64,000 bases of DNA from Anaerohalosphaeraceae bacterium. GTDB lineage: Bacteria > Planctomycetota > Phycisphaerae > Sedimentisphaerales > Anaerohalosphaeraceae. The position numbers and the translations under genes are program-made. Location: assembly GCA_963675525.2 (NCBI GenBank), contig CAXXSL010000001.1:274755-338754 (forward strand). The letters run 5' to 3'. Shown piece after piece: positions 49,789 to 60,303 of the stretch (position 1 is its first letter; every line of letters starts with the position of its first letter). Under the pieces are notes generated by a model. That model ran no database searches. It had not been told where the DNA came from and was given only the letters and a program-made list of their open reading frames with translations.

Positions 49789-51276
49789 ATGCGGATCATG
49801 AAATTTAAAATTCTCTTGATAGCAATCATCGCCGGCATCCTGCTTCAAAGCGCGTGCATCACCACCGCAGAATCCCCGCGCAAGCACATATCTATCAATG
49901 AAGACGGGATCTTCAATAAACATAGAGTCATTATCCTGACCGATATCGAAGCTGACCCGGACGACACACAATCTTTGATTCGTTTACTTTTGTATTCTAA
50001 TCAAATTGAAATAAAAGGATTAATTGCTACAACCTCTTGTTGGCATAAAACGAGAGTCGATCCTGAATCAATCAACAAAGTCATTAAAGCGTATGGCAAA
50101 GTACAACCTAACCTTATCAAGCATGAAGCTGGTTTTCCTGATACTGAATCGCTTTTAATGAAAGTTAAACAAGGCTTGGCAATATATGGAATGCAGGGAG
50201 TTGGCGGTGGGAAAGATTCACAAGGCTCGGACTGGATTATAAAAGTACTTGAAGAAAAAGATGAGCGTCCATTGTGGATACCTGTGTGGGGAGGTGTCAA
50301 TACCCTTGCCCAGGCACTCTATAAAATTGAACATACAAAAACAGAAACAGAGGCTAAAAAATTAATTGCAAAACTCAGGGTTTATACGATATCCGATCAG
50401 GACGACAGCGGTATATGGATTAGAAATAATTTTCCCGACTTGTTTTACATCGTTAGCCCCGGTGATCACTACGGTAGCGCAACATGGAGTGCAATTAATA
50501 GTGCTGTAGAAGGTATAAACAATGAAAAGATCAGCAATCATTGGCTGGCACAAAACATTCAACAAGGTCACGGTCCTCTCGGTGCGGCATATCCTGATGT
50601 AGCCTGGGGAGTAGAAGGGGATACACCGTCGTTTTTGTCATTAATACCGAACGGACTCAATGAAGCAGAGCATCCTGACTGGGGCGGTTGGGGTGGCCGT
50701 TATGAACTGTACATGCCGAATTTTGCTTCGGTTAAGAAAGGAGATTCGGATGTTCCACTTGCACCTGAGACAAGGGAAATCTGGACACATGCAACTGATC
50801 GTTATACCCCCTACATTGATAAAGAATATGGACGGGCGGTTGGAGAGGATGCTGTTTCTTTTACCGACAATAAAGTGACTTTGTGGCGTTGGCGAGACGA
50901 CTTTCAAAATGATTTTGCCGCCCGAATGGATTGGTGTACAAAATTATATCAGCAAGCCAATCATCCACCCGTTCCGGTATTAGGGCATTCCGAACAAATA
51001 ACGGTCAAATCAGGGGAGGGTTTTGGTTTGGATGCCGGCGGCAGCACCGATCCGGATGGCGACAGTCTCAGTTACCTGTGGTTTAACTATCCAGAGACTG
51101 GCTCATATAAAAAATTGATAAAAGTTGGTGGAGCGGAGAATGCGCATGGGGCGTGGGTGGTAGCTCCTGAGGTTGAGAAAAACGAAACGACTCATTTTAT
51201 TTTGAGGGTTACAGACAAAGGCGAGCCTCCATTGTCAAGATATAAAAGAGTAATCGTAAATATATTGCCAAAATAA
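49789..51276 (+). CDS. DUF1593 secreted protein 3 (divergent)
   Basis: RVIILTDIEADPDDTQSLIRLLLYSN, ISDQDD, EGDTPSF, WGGWGGRY, QNDFAARMDW. Confidence 0.88.
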   Translation: MRIMKFKILLIAIIAGILLQSACITTAESPRKHISINEDGIFNKHRVIILTDIEADPDDTQSLIRLLLYSNQIEIKGLIATTSCWHKTRVDPESINKVIKAYGKVQPNLIKHEAGFPDTESLLMKVKQGLAIYGMQGVGGGKDSQGSDWIIKVLEEKDERPLWIPVWGGVNTLAQALYKIEHTKTETEAKKLIAKLRVYTISDQDDSGIWIRNNFPDLFYIVSPGDHYGSATWSAINSAVEGINNEKISNHWLAQNIQQGHGPLGAAYPDVAWGVEGDTPSFLSLIPNGLNEAEHPDWGGWGGRYELYMPNFASVKKGDSDVPLAPETREIWTHATDRYTPYIDKEYGRAVGEDAVSFTDNKVTLWRWRDDFQNDFAARMDWCTKLYQQANHPPVPVLGHSEQITVKSGEGFGLDAGGSTDPDGDSLSYLWFNYPETGSYKKLIKVGGAENAHGAWVVAPEVEKNETTHFILRVTDKGEPPLSRYKRVIVNILPK

Positions 51277-51444
51277 GACAATACACTGCCGCCAACACCC
51301 AATAAAAACAAGGCGGGGCGATGTAGTAAAATGAAACGGATTAGCAATAAATTAACACACTAAAGCGTGATCGTCTTTACGTATATAATATATCATCCTT
51401 TACCGACAATACAGTAGCTCCGACAGCATCTTCGGTGTAATTGA

Positions 51445-52878
51445 TCAATGAATTAAAGATTCCCGTCGAACGCGTTCGAGCTTTTTGCTTAATTCCTCAA
51501 CAAGGTCTGCGTGTTCGGGGTTTTCAGAAATATTGATGTTCTCATGCGGATCGGTTTTATGGTCATACAGCATACGGGCACGCCGTTTACCGCCGTCATT
51601 GATCCATTCCGTATACAGATATCGGTCTGTCCTGACAGACTCCCCATCGAAGTATCTGCTGAACACGGCGTCCTTAATTTCAACGTCTGGGTCTTTCAGC
51701 GTCGGAAGAAGGCTTTTACCCTGCAGTTGTGCCGGCTTATCCAAATGTGCCAGGTCGCAAAGCGTCGGATAAACATCGATAAACTCCGCCAGTGAATCGG
51801 ACGTTTTATTTTTTGCAAGCCCGGGCGCCGAAATGATCAGAGGCGCCTGAAGCGAGGTGTTGAAATTGCAGTGCTTGGCCCAAAGAGTATGCTCGCCAAG
51901 GTTCCAGCCATGGTCTCCCAGCAGCACGATGGCTGTATTGTTCCTCAACCCAAGGGCTTCAAGTGAATCCAAAAGACGGCCGATCTGAGCATCGGCATAG
52001 GTCGTGCACGCATAATAACCCTGGATCAATTTCCGGGCCATGTCATCGGACAACGGACCCTCTTTCGGGATACCGTAATAACCCCTTAACTCGTCCCAAT
52101 TATGAAACGCCGCATTCGGGGCTCCCTTGGGGCGGAATGGATTGTCCGCCAGATCGATCGTTTCAAGCGGATGCATATCCCAGTACTTTTTGGGTGCGTT
52201 AAAAGGCAGGTGGGGTTTCACGACCCCGGCCGCAAGAAAAAATGGGTTATCCATTTTGCTGAGTCGCTTAAGATCGCTGATCGACTTGTCGATCATTTTG
52301 CCGTCCTTATAAACACTGTCCCCGGCATCGATGCATTCATAAGGAGGGCCTGCTTCATGCGTCTTGTTTAATTCAATATTCGTTTCAAGCTGGTAATCCC
52401 TCCAATTGCCTTCCGGCTGATAGTGCGGTTCGGACCAGCTTTGTACGCTGTCGTCATTATGATGAAAAACTTTTCCGTTCGCCAGGGTGTGGTAGCCGTT
52501 TTTTCGGAAGTGTTCGGGAAGTGTGATTGCGTTTGGCGCATCCGTCTCTGCCCGGGTATAGTACGTTTTAAACCGGTCCCTCGCGGGCCGTATCCCGGTA
52601 AACAAACTCGCCCGTGAAGCACCGCACACCGGAACCTGACAGTAAGCTCTTGAAAAAACAACACCTTGAGAAGCGATTTTGTCTATATTAGGACTGATCG
52701 CTCGCTTGTCACCGTAACAGTTCAACTGCGGCCGAAGGTCATCGACAATAATAAACAAAACATTCGGCCGTTTTTTGGGAACGTCAAGGGAACAGGATGT
52801 GAGGGATGCACCGGAAAGAAACAAAACACCCTTCCCCGCAGTCTTGATAAATGATCGTCGTGTAACCGGCTTACTCAT
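51445..52878 (-). CDS. Tat-exported formylglycine-dependent sulfatase (iduronate-2-sulfatase-like)
   Basis: TRRSFIK Tat motif; PNVLFIIVDDLRP, CGASRASLFTG, GKVFH, KPHLPF, DHG. Confidence 0.93.
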   Translation of the reverse strand: MSKPVTRRSFIKTAGKGVLFLSGASLTSCSLDVPKKRPNVLFIIVDDLRPQLNCYGDKRAISPNIDKIASQGVVFSRAYCQVPVCGASRASLFTGIRPARDRFKTYYTRAETDAPNAITLPEHFRKNGYHTLANGKVFHHNDDSVQSWSEPHYQPEGNWRDYQLETNIELNKTHEAGPPYECIDAGDSVYKDGKMIDKSISDLKRLSKMDNPFFLAAGVVKPHLPFNAPKKYWDMHPLETIDLADNPFRPKGAPNAAFHNWDELRGYYGIPKEGPLSDDMARKLIQGYYACTTYADAQIGRLLDSLEALGLRNNTAIVLLGDHGWNLGEHTLWAKHCNFNTSLQAPLIISAPGLAKNKTSDSLAEFIDVYPTLCDLAHLDKPAQLQGKSLLPTLKDPDVEIKDAVFSRYFDGESVRTDRYLYTEWINDGGKRRARMLYDHKTDPHENINISENPEHADLVEELSKKLERVRRESLIH

Positions 52879-53077
52879 TTTGTGTGTCTCCTACCAGAGA
52901 TTTCCCATCTGGCAATTGTATTTCATCGCTCAGCTATCCCGATACATCGGAACCGAACCTCTTTTTTGACAGACTATCAATTCTGCCTCAAAAACTCAAG
53001 ACTTCCGACTTTATTTTGAAAATATTTCAGCCGCAACAATACCCCAGGATCAAAGAATACGGCTTCTACTTACCATT

Positions 53078-56000
53078 TTACTGAAAGAGTTCCATAATCT
53101 CAGGTTTGTTCATCCTTTGTGCCAGTTCGATGGGCGTCAATTTATATCGGTTGGGAATATCTGTCCGTGCCCCGGCGGTTAGAAGTAATTGTATAATATC
53201 CTTATCTCTATCTCTGCCTCTGGTGCTTAAAGCGTGATGCAGCGGGGTTTGGCCGTTCTTGTCCTGTGCGTTACAATCGGCTTGATAATCCAACAGTACC
53301 CGAACACTATCCACATGGTCAATCCATGCAGCGGTAATTAACGGAGTCCGCTGCTTATTATCCCGAGCCTCTAAATCTGTCCCGAGGTCCAACAGTGTTC
53401 TGATGACATCAACGTGTCTCTCACGAATTGCAGAATGCAGAGGTGTTCGGTTATCAAAGGAATCGTTTGCCCTGTTTTCGATGTCGACTTCTTTGGAGGC
53501 CAGAAACCTGACAAGATCGGGTGAGCCTTTAATTGCAGCGTTATGCAGGGCATTGCGGCCATACTGATCCTGATCATTCAGATGAGTATTCTTTTCCGCC
53601 AGCAGACGGAATAGTTCATCATAATCAGAATTCCGGAAAATCGGGCCAAACATCATATCTAATGGCGTTTTTCCTTCGTTATTGCTACAATTGACATCTA
53701 TTCCATGGGCTATCATCATTTGAGCCAGCGGCAGCGAACACTTGGATGCTGCATAATGCAGAATTGTGTTACCCTCTTTGTCGGTGGCATTAAGATCCAG
53801 CCCCGCATCCAGCAGGAGTTGGACATTATCCCGCAGACCGTTTTTCATTTCCCCGCCGTAATTAAACAGGCAAAACAGCGGGGGTTGTCCTTTTGAGTTT
53901 TTCGCATTGACATCAATTCCATACTCGATCAAAATCTTCAGTGTTTCCGAGGTATATGATGCCGCTATAAGCGAAGATATGATGTCGCCTGCTTTTTGAT
54001 TAAGCACATCGATATCGGCCCCGTTTTCCATCAGGAAGATCATCGCGTCATCTTTCCCGGCTTCGGCAGCCTCCATCAGCGGTGTCGTATCCGGTTTTCC
54101 AACATCTATGTCGGCTCCGAGTTCCAGCAATAATTTGATATAATCAATTTTTCCGCTTGCAGCCACCGAATGAAGGAGGGTCCGGTCGTTATTATTTTTT
54201 GATGACAAATCCGCCCCCGCCTGAATCAGTATTTTGAGCAAGTCCGGATGGTCTGCAAGCACAGCCAGAAAGATCGTACTCCGGCCGCCCTCTATGTCTT
54301 TAAGGTTCAAGTCGGCACTTTTACTGATCAGATAGTCCAGTATCTCTCGGCTGCCATCGGCGACTGCATAGTGAATGGCTCCCCATCCGGCCTTTTCTCC
54401 GACGGTATGTGCCAATCCCCATACTCCGGCAACATTTGCAAAGTCGATATTTGAATCCAGGCGATTAATATCCGTTCCGTTTTTCAGGAGCAGGTCGATC
54501 ATGTCCTTGTTTTCCATCAATACCGCATAGTTCAGCGGCAGAATACCGGCATCATCGATGGTGTGTATGTCCTGACCGTCTTTGAGCATGGTTTGGACTT
54601 TCTCGGTATCCCCTCGAATGACCGCAAAATGAAAAGGATTGCCTGACATGGCTGTGTAAAAACTGGTTTTCCAGTTGTTTTCTTCTCGACTGATTTGAAT
54701 TTTGATGGCATTGGAGTCAGGTACGGCACTGTCTGTATTGAGATCTATATGACTACTCAGTTTTATCAGCATTTCTTTGAGTGTCGCCTCATCAATATTT
54801 CCGTCCGTGCTTACAATTTGAATGGTCTGATTGGAGGTTGTTCCCGGTTGTGCAAGAATTGGTTTGCGTGAGGGGGATATATCCGGATAGATATCCCTGA
54901 ATAACTGGATGACACGACGGCGGTTTTCGAGGCCTGCCAAATCCACGGCACGCCATCCTTCTTTATTGTAAATGGTGACATCGGCCTGATTGCTTAACAG
55001 AGATGTAACGACCGAATCATGTCCGAATTTGGCTGCATAATGCAAAGCGGTATTTCCCAGCGTATCCTGAGCATTGATCTTGCCTCCCAGCTTTAAAACC
55101 GTTTGGACCATCGTCGGATCGTTTCGTTTGGCCGCAATCATCAAAGCTGTTGCAGAATTGTCATAATCCTTGGTCATATTGATATCGGCCCCTTGCCCGA
55201 TCAGAGACTCTAAAATATCGTCCTGTGAATAGTAGGCGGCCTCCAGAACGGAGATGTTTTGCTTATATGTATAGAACAGGTCGATTTTTTCCTGGCTATC
55301 ATAGCGGGCACAATCCGTAATGGATTTGCCGTAGTAATTCCGGATGTCCAGATTCGCTCCGGCCTCGATGGCCAACCGCATCATTGCCGCTGTTCCCATC
55401 TCGGCTGCTCGGTGAAGGAATGTGTCTCCAGTATAATTCTGACAATCGAGATTCGCACTGTGCTCGATCAGCAGGCGTGTAAATCCAAGATGCTTGTCCA
55501 TGTTGTCGTAAGCCAGATAGTGCAGGCCCGTATTTCCAAACGCATCGACGGCATTCACATTGGCTCCGTGCTGGAGCAGCAGCGTGGCGATTTGGACCTC
55601 TTCTTTTTCCCCGACAGAACCGCTGTGATAACGTATAGCTAATGAAATCAAAGGGGTTTGATCATCTGCGTTTCGGGCTTCAATATTGGCTCCAGACGCC
55701 AGCATCATCTCTACATTCTCCACGCAGTCATTTAGGCATGCCATGTGCAGCGGGGTATTGCCGAGTTTATCCGCTGCATTGATATCTGTTTCCGGTAGTT
55801 CCAAAATCGATTTCAATATGTCCATATTTCTCAATGTCGTCCCGGCCAGATGATGCAGCAGCGTCATCCCATCTTTATCAACTCCCTGTGGGTCACCGCC
55901 TTTCTGCAGATATCGCTCAATTTCCTGTACCTGAACGTTGCTGAACATATCGATTCGTTTGATAAATACGGACCAGCCGGGTTCTTGATGACCGAAAGAT

Positions 56001-56659
56001 CGCTTTTCGTCCGTTTCCTGCAGATAGCGTCTGATCGCTGGGGTTAACTGATAGTGATCCGGGCTGAGCAAGGACCCACCGTAGCCTCGGTTGGTATAGA
56101 GATTCGCGCCGTTTTCGACCAGAAGTTTTACCATCTTCAGGTCGCCCAAAGTGGCGGCTGTTGCCAGAGCACTTTCTCCATCAGAGTTGCGCGCCTCAAT
56201 GGATACCTTTTCGGACAGGAGGTATTTGACCATTGTGATATCGTTGTTTTGTACGGCAATGTGCAGCGGCGTCTGCGCGTCGCCGCGGGTGATGACATGC
56301 CGATGCTGAAGATCGCCCCCATGGGCTGCCAACGTTTTAAGAATTTCGACATTTCCTTTCTGAACGGCTATAATTACCGGACAGCGACACAGCGGGTCAT
56401 TCACGTCCAGACTGGCTCCCTTTTCCAACAACAACTCCGTCATTTCGCGATTGCCGGCGGTGACAGCGTATAAGAGTGGGGTAAAGCCAACATCGTTTAC
56501 CGCATTCACATCGGCTCCCTGGGCGAGGCTTTCCTGTACGCCGGTTAAATTGTTCGATTGACAAGCGGAAAGCAGGCTGCTTGTTGGGGCATCCGTGTCA
56601 GCCCATACAAAAGTAATCGCAGAAAGGCTGCATAGCAGAATAAATGCATGCCGGTTCAT
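53078..56659 (-). CDS. Large secreted ankyrin-repeat protein
   Basis: Signal peptide; many G.TPLH.A...LL..GAD.N repeats across 1193 aa. Confidence 0.93.
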   Translation of the reverse strand: MNRHAFILLCSLSAITFVWADTDAPTSSLLSACQSNNLTGVQESLAQGADVNAVNDVGFTPLLYAVTAGNREMTELLLEKGASLDVNDPLCRCPVIIAVQKGNVEILKTLAAHGGDLQHRHVITRGDAQTPLHIAVQNNDITMVKYLLSEKVSIEARNSDGESALATAATLGDLKMVKLLVENGANLYTNRGYGGSLLSPDHYQLTPAIRRYLQETDEKRSFGHQEPGWSVFIKRIDMFSNVQVQEIERYLQKGGDPQGVDKDGMTLLHHLAGTTLRNMDILKSILELPETDINAADKLGNTPLHMACLNDCVENVEMMLASGANIEARNADDQTPLISLAIRYHSGSVGEKEEVQIATLLLQHGANVNAVDAFGNTGLHYLAYDNMDKHLGFTRLLIEHSANLDCQNYTGDTFLHRAAEMGTAAMMRLAIEAGANLDIRNYYGKSITDCARYDSQEKIDLFYTYKQNISVLEAAYYSQDDILESLIGQGADINMTKDYDNSATALMIAAKRNDPTMVQTVLKLGGKINAQDTLGNTALHYAAKFGHDSVVTSLLSNQADVTIYNKEGWRAVDLAGLENRRRVIQLFRDIYPDISPSRKPILAQPGTTSNQTIQIVSTDGNIDEATLKEMLIKLSSHIDLNTDSAVPDSNAIKIQISREENNWKTSFYTAMSGNPFHFAVIRGDTEKVQTMLKDGQDIHTIDDAGILPLNYAVLMENKDMIDLLLKNGTDINRLDSNIDFANVAGVWGLAHTVGEKAGWGAIHYAVADGSREILDYLISKSADLNLKDIEGGRSTIFLAVLADHPDLLKILIQAGADLSSKNNNDRTLLHSVAASGKIDYIKLLLELGADIDVGKPDTTPLMEAAEAGKDDAMIFLMENGADIDVLNQKAGDIISSLIAASYTSETLKILIEYGIDVNAKNSKGQPPLFCLFNYGGEMKNGLRDNVQLLLDAGLDLNATDKEGNTILHYAASKCSLPLAQMMIAHGIDVNCSNNEGKTPLDMMFGPIFRNSDYDELFRLLAEKNTHLNDQDQYGRNALHNAAIKGSPDLVRFLASKEVDIENRANDSFDNRTPLHSAIRERHVDVIRTLLDLGTDLEARDNKQRTPLITAAWIDHVDSVRVLLDYQADCNAQDKNGQTPLHHALSTRGRDRDKDIIQLLLTAGARTDIPNRYKLTPIELAQRMNKPEIMELFQ

Positions 56660-56690
56660 AATTTCGCTCCTAATTTTATTTAAATTCAGA

Positions 56691-57710
56691 TCACAAATCT
56701 CTGTCGACGGCCTGGGCGACGCGTTTTAGTTTGGTCATTAGTTCTGTCAGCATTTGCGGGGTGATGGATTGGGCGCCGTCGGAGGCGGCGTGTTCGGGGT
56801 CGGGGTGGCATTCGAGAATCAATCCATCGGCGCCGGCGGCGATGGCGGCCAGACACATTGAGGGCACCATGTACGCGTGCCCGGTTCCGTGCGAGGGGTC
56901 AATGACGATGGGCAGGTGCGTACGTTCCCTCAGCGCGGGGATGGTCGCCAGCGGCAGGGTGTTGCGGACGTACTTTTCGAAGGTGCGGATGCCGCGTTCG
57001 CAGAGAATGACGTTCGGATTGCCTGCGTTAATGATGTATTCGGCGGCCAGTAAAAATTCATCGAGATCGGCGCTCATGCCGCGTTTGAGCAGGACGGGCT
57101 TGTCGGTTTTGCCGACGGCTTCCAGCAGGGGATAATGCTGCATATTGCGGGCGCCGATTTGTAATACATCACTGTATTCGGCGACAGCGTTGACCTGTTC
57201 GAGGCCGATGACTTCGGTGACAATCGCAAGGCCGGTTTCGTCGCGGGCTTCGGCGAGAATTTTGAGGCCTTCGAGTCCGAGTCCCTGAAAACTGTAGGGG
57301 CTGGTGCGGGGCTTGAATGCGCCGCCGCGAAGACCGATGCATCCGGCTTCTTTAACCGCATGGGCAACATTTACTATCTGCTCGCGGCTTTCGACGGCAC
57401 AGGGGCCGGCGATGATGCCGACTTTGCTGCCCCCAATGGGAAAGCGGGCCGGGCCGATAGCAATTTGAGATTTGTCTTTTTTGACTTCCAGCGAGGCCAT
57501 TTTGTACGGTGCCAGGATCGGTACGACGGACTCGACCATCGGAGCATTTTCAATGGCGCCTTTGTCGACGGCCCGCTTGTCGCCGATACAGGCGATGACG
57601 GTCCGGTCGGTGCCATAGATCGGATGGTCCTTGAGGCCGTATTCACGTACCAGGTCGATGACATGCTGAATGTGTTCTTTGCCGGCGCCGGGCTTCATGA
57701 CAATGATCAT
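56691..57710 (-). CDS. aroF: 3-deoxy-7-phosphoheptulonate (DAHP) synthase, type I-beta
   Basis: N-terminal regulatory domain [50 protein letters not shown]. Confidence 0.96.
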   Translation of the reverse strand: MIIVMKPGAGKEHIQHVIDLVREYGLKDHPIYGTDRTVIACIGDKRAVDKGAIENAPMVESVVPILAPYKMASLEVKKDKSQIAIGPARFPIGGSKVGIIAGPCAVESREQIVNVAHAVKEAGCIGLRGGAFKPRTSPYSFQGLGLEGLKILAEARDETGLAIVTEVIGLEQVNAVAEYSDVLQIGARNMQHYPLLEAVGKTDKPVLLKRGMSADLDEFLLAAEYIINAGNPNVILCERGIRTFEKYVRNTLPLATIPALRERTHLPIVIDPSHGTGHAYMVPSMCLAAIAAGADGLILECHPDPEHAASDGAQSITPQMLTELMTKLKRVAQAVDRDL

Positions 57711-57809
57711 GGTTTTATTTCCTTAACAGGATAATTTGATACATACAGATATAGTTTAGCGTTTCAAAAGATAACAGGTTTTCAGTAAAAAGTCCAGCGG
57801 CTTTCTGAT

Positions 57810-57837
57810 TTGACAATACGGGTTAAACTGCTAAAAT
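57810..57837 (+). promoter_or_regulatory. Sigma70-like promoter
   Basis: TTGACA-N16-TAAAAT with extended -10 TG. Confidence 0.6.
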
Positions 57838-57865
57838 AGTGGGAAAATGACGACAAGAGGCTGAC

Positions 57866-58519
57866 ATGAAATTACTGGTATTGGCCGATATTCACGGCTG
57901 TTTGGATTATATCGACTGTATTGACGCCGCGATCCGCGACTGCGATGGGGTGGTGATCGCCGGCGATATCACCGATTTCGGCGGAGGTCGTCAGACCCGG
58001 CAGATTCTGTCCGCGATGGAGCAATACCAAAAACCGATAGTTGCGGTTCCGGGCAATTGCGACCTGCGGGGGGTCGACGAAGTACTGAATCAGAACAATG
58101 CGGGCATTCATGGCGCCTGCATCGCATTAAACGGATTTCAATTCATCGGTGTCGGCGGGTCATTACCCTGTCCAGGAGCCACCCCCAACGAGGCCGGCGA
58201 AGAAACGTTTCGCCAGGTTCTCCAAAATGCCCTCGCCGATCTGGCGTCAAAAGATAATCTCGTGTTGGTGACCCATCAGCCTGCCTGGGGGATTGATCTG
58301 GACACAACCGGCAGCGGTCGGCATACCGGCAGTCAGGCGGTACGGGAGTTTATCGAGCAATACCAACCGGTCCTTGCCATTTCCGGCCACATGCACGAAG
58401 CTTGCGGCGTTGATCAACTTGGCTCGACGACGCTGGTCAATCCCGGACCGTTTCGGCAGGGGCGATACGGCGTCGTTGAAATTGCCGACAGGCAGGTTCA
58501 GGTACGGCTTTATCCGTAG
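57866..58519 (+). CDS. Calcineurin-like metallophosphoesterase
   Basis: DIHG, GDITD, GNCD, THQP, GHMHE, NPG. Confidence 0.92.
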   Translation: MKLLVLADIHGCLDYIDCIDAAIRDCDGVVIAGDITDFGGGRQTRQILSAMEQYQKPIVAVPGNCDLRGVDEVLNQNNAGIHGACIALNGFQFIGVGGSLPCPGATPNEAGEETFRQVLQNALADLASKDNLVLVTHQPAWGIDLDTTGSGRHTGSQAVREFIEQYQPVLAISGHMHEACGVDQLGSTTLVNPGPFRQGRYGVVEIADRQVQVRLYP

Positions 58520-58542
58520 CACACATTTTTCAAGGAGACAAA

Positions 58543-59355
58543 ATGTTTGAAAAATTTGAACAAATGAGCCCGGTCCTACAAGCCCTTTTGGCGACGTTAT
58601 TTACGTGGGGCGTTACCGCATTGGGGGCGGCCTGTGTGTTTCTGGCCAAAGACATCAGCCGGAAGGTGTTGGATTTTATGCTGGCGTTTGCCGGCGGTGT
58701 GATGATCGCGGCCAGTTTCTGGTCGCTGTTGGCGCCCGGTATTGAGATGGCCGAAAGTCAAGGCAAGATCGCCTGGATTCCCGCGGCGGTGGGGTTTTTG
58801 CTTGGCGGGGCGTTCATCCGTTTGATCGATGTGGTCCTGCCGCATCTGCATTTGGGATTTCCGATGGAGGAGGCCGAAGGTCCTCATACGAACTGGCGGC
58901 GGACGACGCTGCTGGTGCTGGCGATCACCCTGCACAATATTCCGGAAGGGTTGGCCGTGGGGGTTGCGTTCGGAGCCTTGAAATATGGATTGACCGAAAC
59001 CAGCTTTGCCGCGGCGTGTGCGTTGGCGATCGGTATCGGTATCCAGAACTTCCCGGAAGGGCTGGCGGTTTCGGTGCCGATTCGCCGGGGGGGTGTGAGC
59101 CGGTTGAAAAGTTTCTGGTATGGGCAGTTGTCCGGCATGGTTGAACCGGTGGCCGGGGTGATTGGGGCCGCGGCGGTGATAATGGTCGAACCGCTGCTGC
59201 CGTATGCGTTGAGTTTTGCGGCGGGGGCGATGATCTTTGTGGTTGTGGAAGAAGTCATCCCCGAATCCCAGCGGGAAGGCAATACGGATCTGGCCACCTA
59301 CGGCGTGATGATCGGGTTCACGATCATGATGATCCTCGATGTGGCTTTGGGGTGA
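58543..59355 (+). CDS. ZIP family metal transporter (GufA/ZupT-like)
   Basis: [33 protein letters not shown]. Confidence 0.94.
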   Translation: MFEKFEQMSPVLQALLATLFTWGVTALGAACVFLAKDISRKVLDFMLAFAGGVMIAASFWSLLAPGIEMAESQGKIAWIPAAVGFLLGGAFIRLIDVVLPHLHLGFPMEEAEGPHTNWRRTTLLVLAITLHNIPEGLAVGVAFGALKYGLTETSFAAACALAIGIGIQNFPEGLAVSVPIRRGGVSRLKSFWYGQLSGMVEPVAGVIGAAAVIMVEPLLPYALSFAAGAMIFVVVEEVIPESQREGNTDLATYGVMIGFTIMMILDVALG

Positions 59356-60303
59356 TTGGGTTTGCCCCGGATCGAGGTCCGGGGTGACATTTTTTGGGTT
59401 CGATTGGGTTCGCGTGGCGCTATTAAAAAGAGGGGTGTTGCGTCCGTTGGGGGGTTTGGATTCAATATATTGCAATCCTGTCGTGGTGCTACTTGGGGCT
59501 TAAATTGGGTTCGTTTTTTTGGGGGTTGGCGGGGTTAAAAAAAGCGATTTTTTATTTTTCCAACACTAAATCGGCGATTCCGGGCTGGAAACGGCTTGCG
59601 CGAGTAGGGGGTACTTGGGGGCGAAATTGGGTTCGTATTGGGTTTGGTTTGGGTTCGATTTACAGGCAGAAGTCAGGAGATAGAAGATAGAAGTCAGAAT
59701 AAGATAATGACTTACAGTCATTTTGCTGCGGAGGAAATTGGGTTCGTTTTGTAAAAAAGGTTGCTCCAAGAACTCATGAACTCCAGAACATAAGAACCCA
59801 AGAATGTGGACTTCTTCCAGATGGCTTTTTAAATAGATCCTTCACTACGTTCAGGATGACCATTGTTGGGGGCCGGGCGAGATAGCGGGGCTCGCACTCT
59901 ATTTAATTGTGAATATTCAATTTTGTGTATTATACCAAAAGTTAGATAAATGTAAAACTTTTTATCCACAGATTTCGGGGATTTTCACGCGAAACAGGGT
60001 AGAGGGAATTGGCAATTGTCGAATGACGATGGACGATTGTCGATTGGTATTTTGAATTGAGGAAGCGGCGTTTGCCGCGGGTAAAAATATTGAAGGTTTA
60101 TCAATGTTGGCGGGCGTTGGGTTTGATAATAGAAAATAGGGAAGAAAAAGGTGTCTGACCCCTTAATTTATCCCATGGACTCAAGAAGATTGGGTTTGTT
60201 TGGGTTTGATATTTCCTTAATGTTTTTTCGAATTTTTACTGTAAGTCTATTTATGGAAAAAGGTTGTCGGTATTAAGGAAATATTAAGATTGGGTTTGTT
60301 TTG
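59356..60303. repeat. Dispersed ATTGGGTT(C/T)G low-complexity repeats plus short 7-8 nt periodic arrays
   Basis: More than ten TGGGTT(C/T)G copies (e.g. AAATTGGGTTCGT near 59502, 59625, 59736); periodic arrays near 59668, 59768, 60009. Confidence 0.75.
59929..59956 (-). promoter_or_regulatory. Sigma70-like promoter firing into non-coding DNA (element copy B)
   Basis: Minus strand TTTACA-N16-TATAAT; near-identical to 11708-11735. Confidence 0.6.

Noticed and set aside
43549..53101. Integrative element with attL/attR sites
   Set aside because: The direct repeat is part of a longer diverged ankyrin-gene homology, and no integrase, transposase or tRNA target is present.
58597..59475. 292-aa minus-strand ORF
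   Set aside because: Antisense shadow of the ZIP transporter gene.
59566..59769. Short ORF with QNEPNF/YEPNF repeats
   Set aside because: Weak start, no clear RBS, and it is explained by the nucleotide repeat field; not called as a CDS.
59356..60303. Possible CRISPR array
   Set aside because: Repeats are short (8-17 nt), degenerate and irregularly spaced; there are no constant-length spacers and no cas genes in the window.
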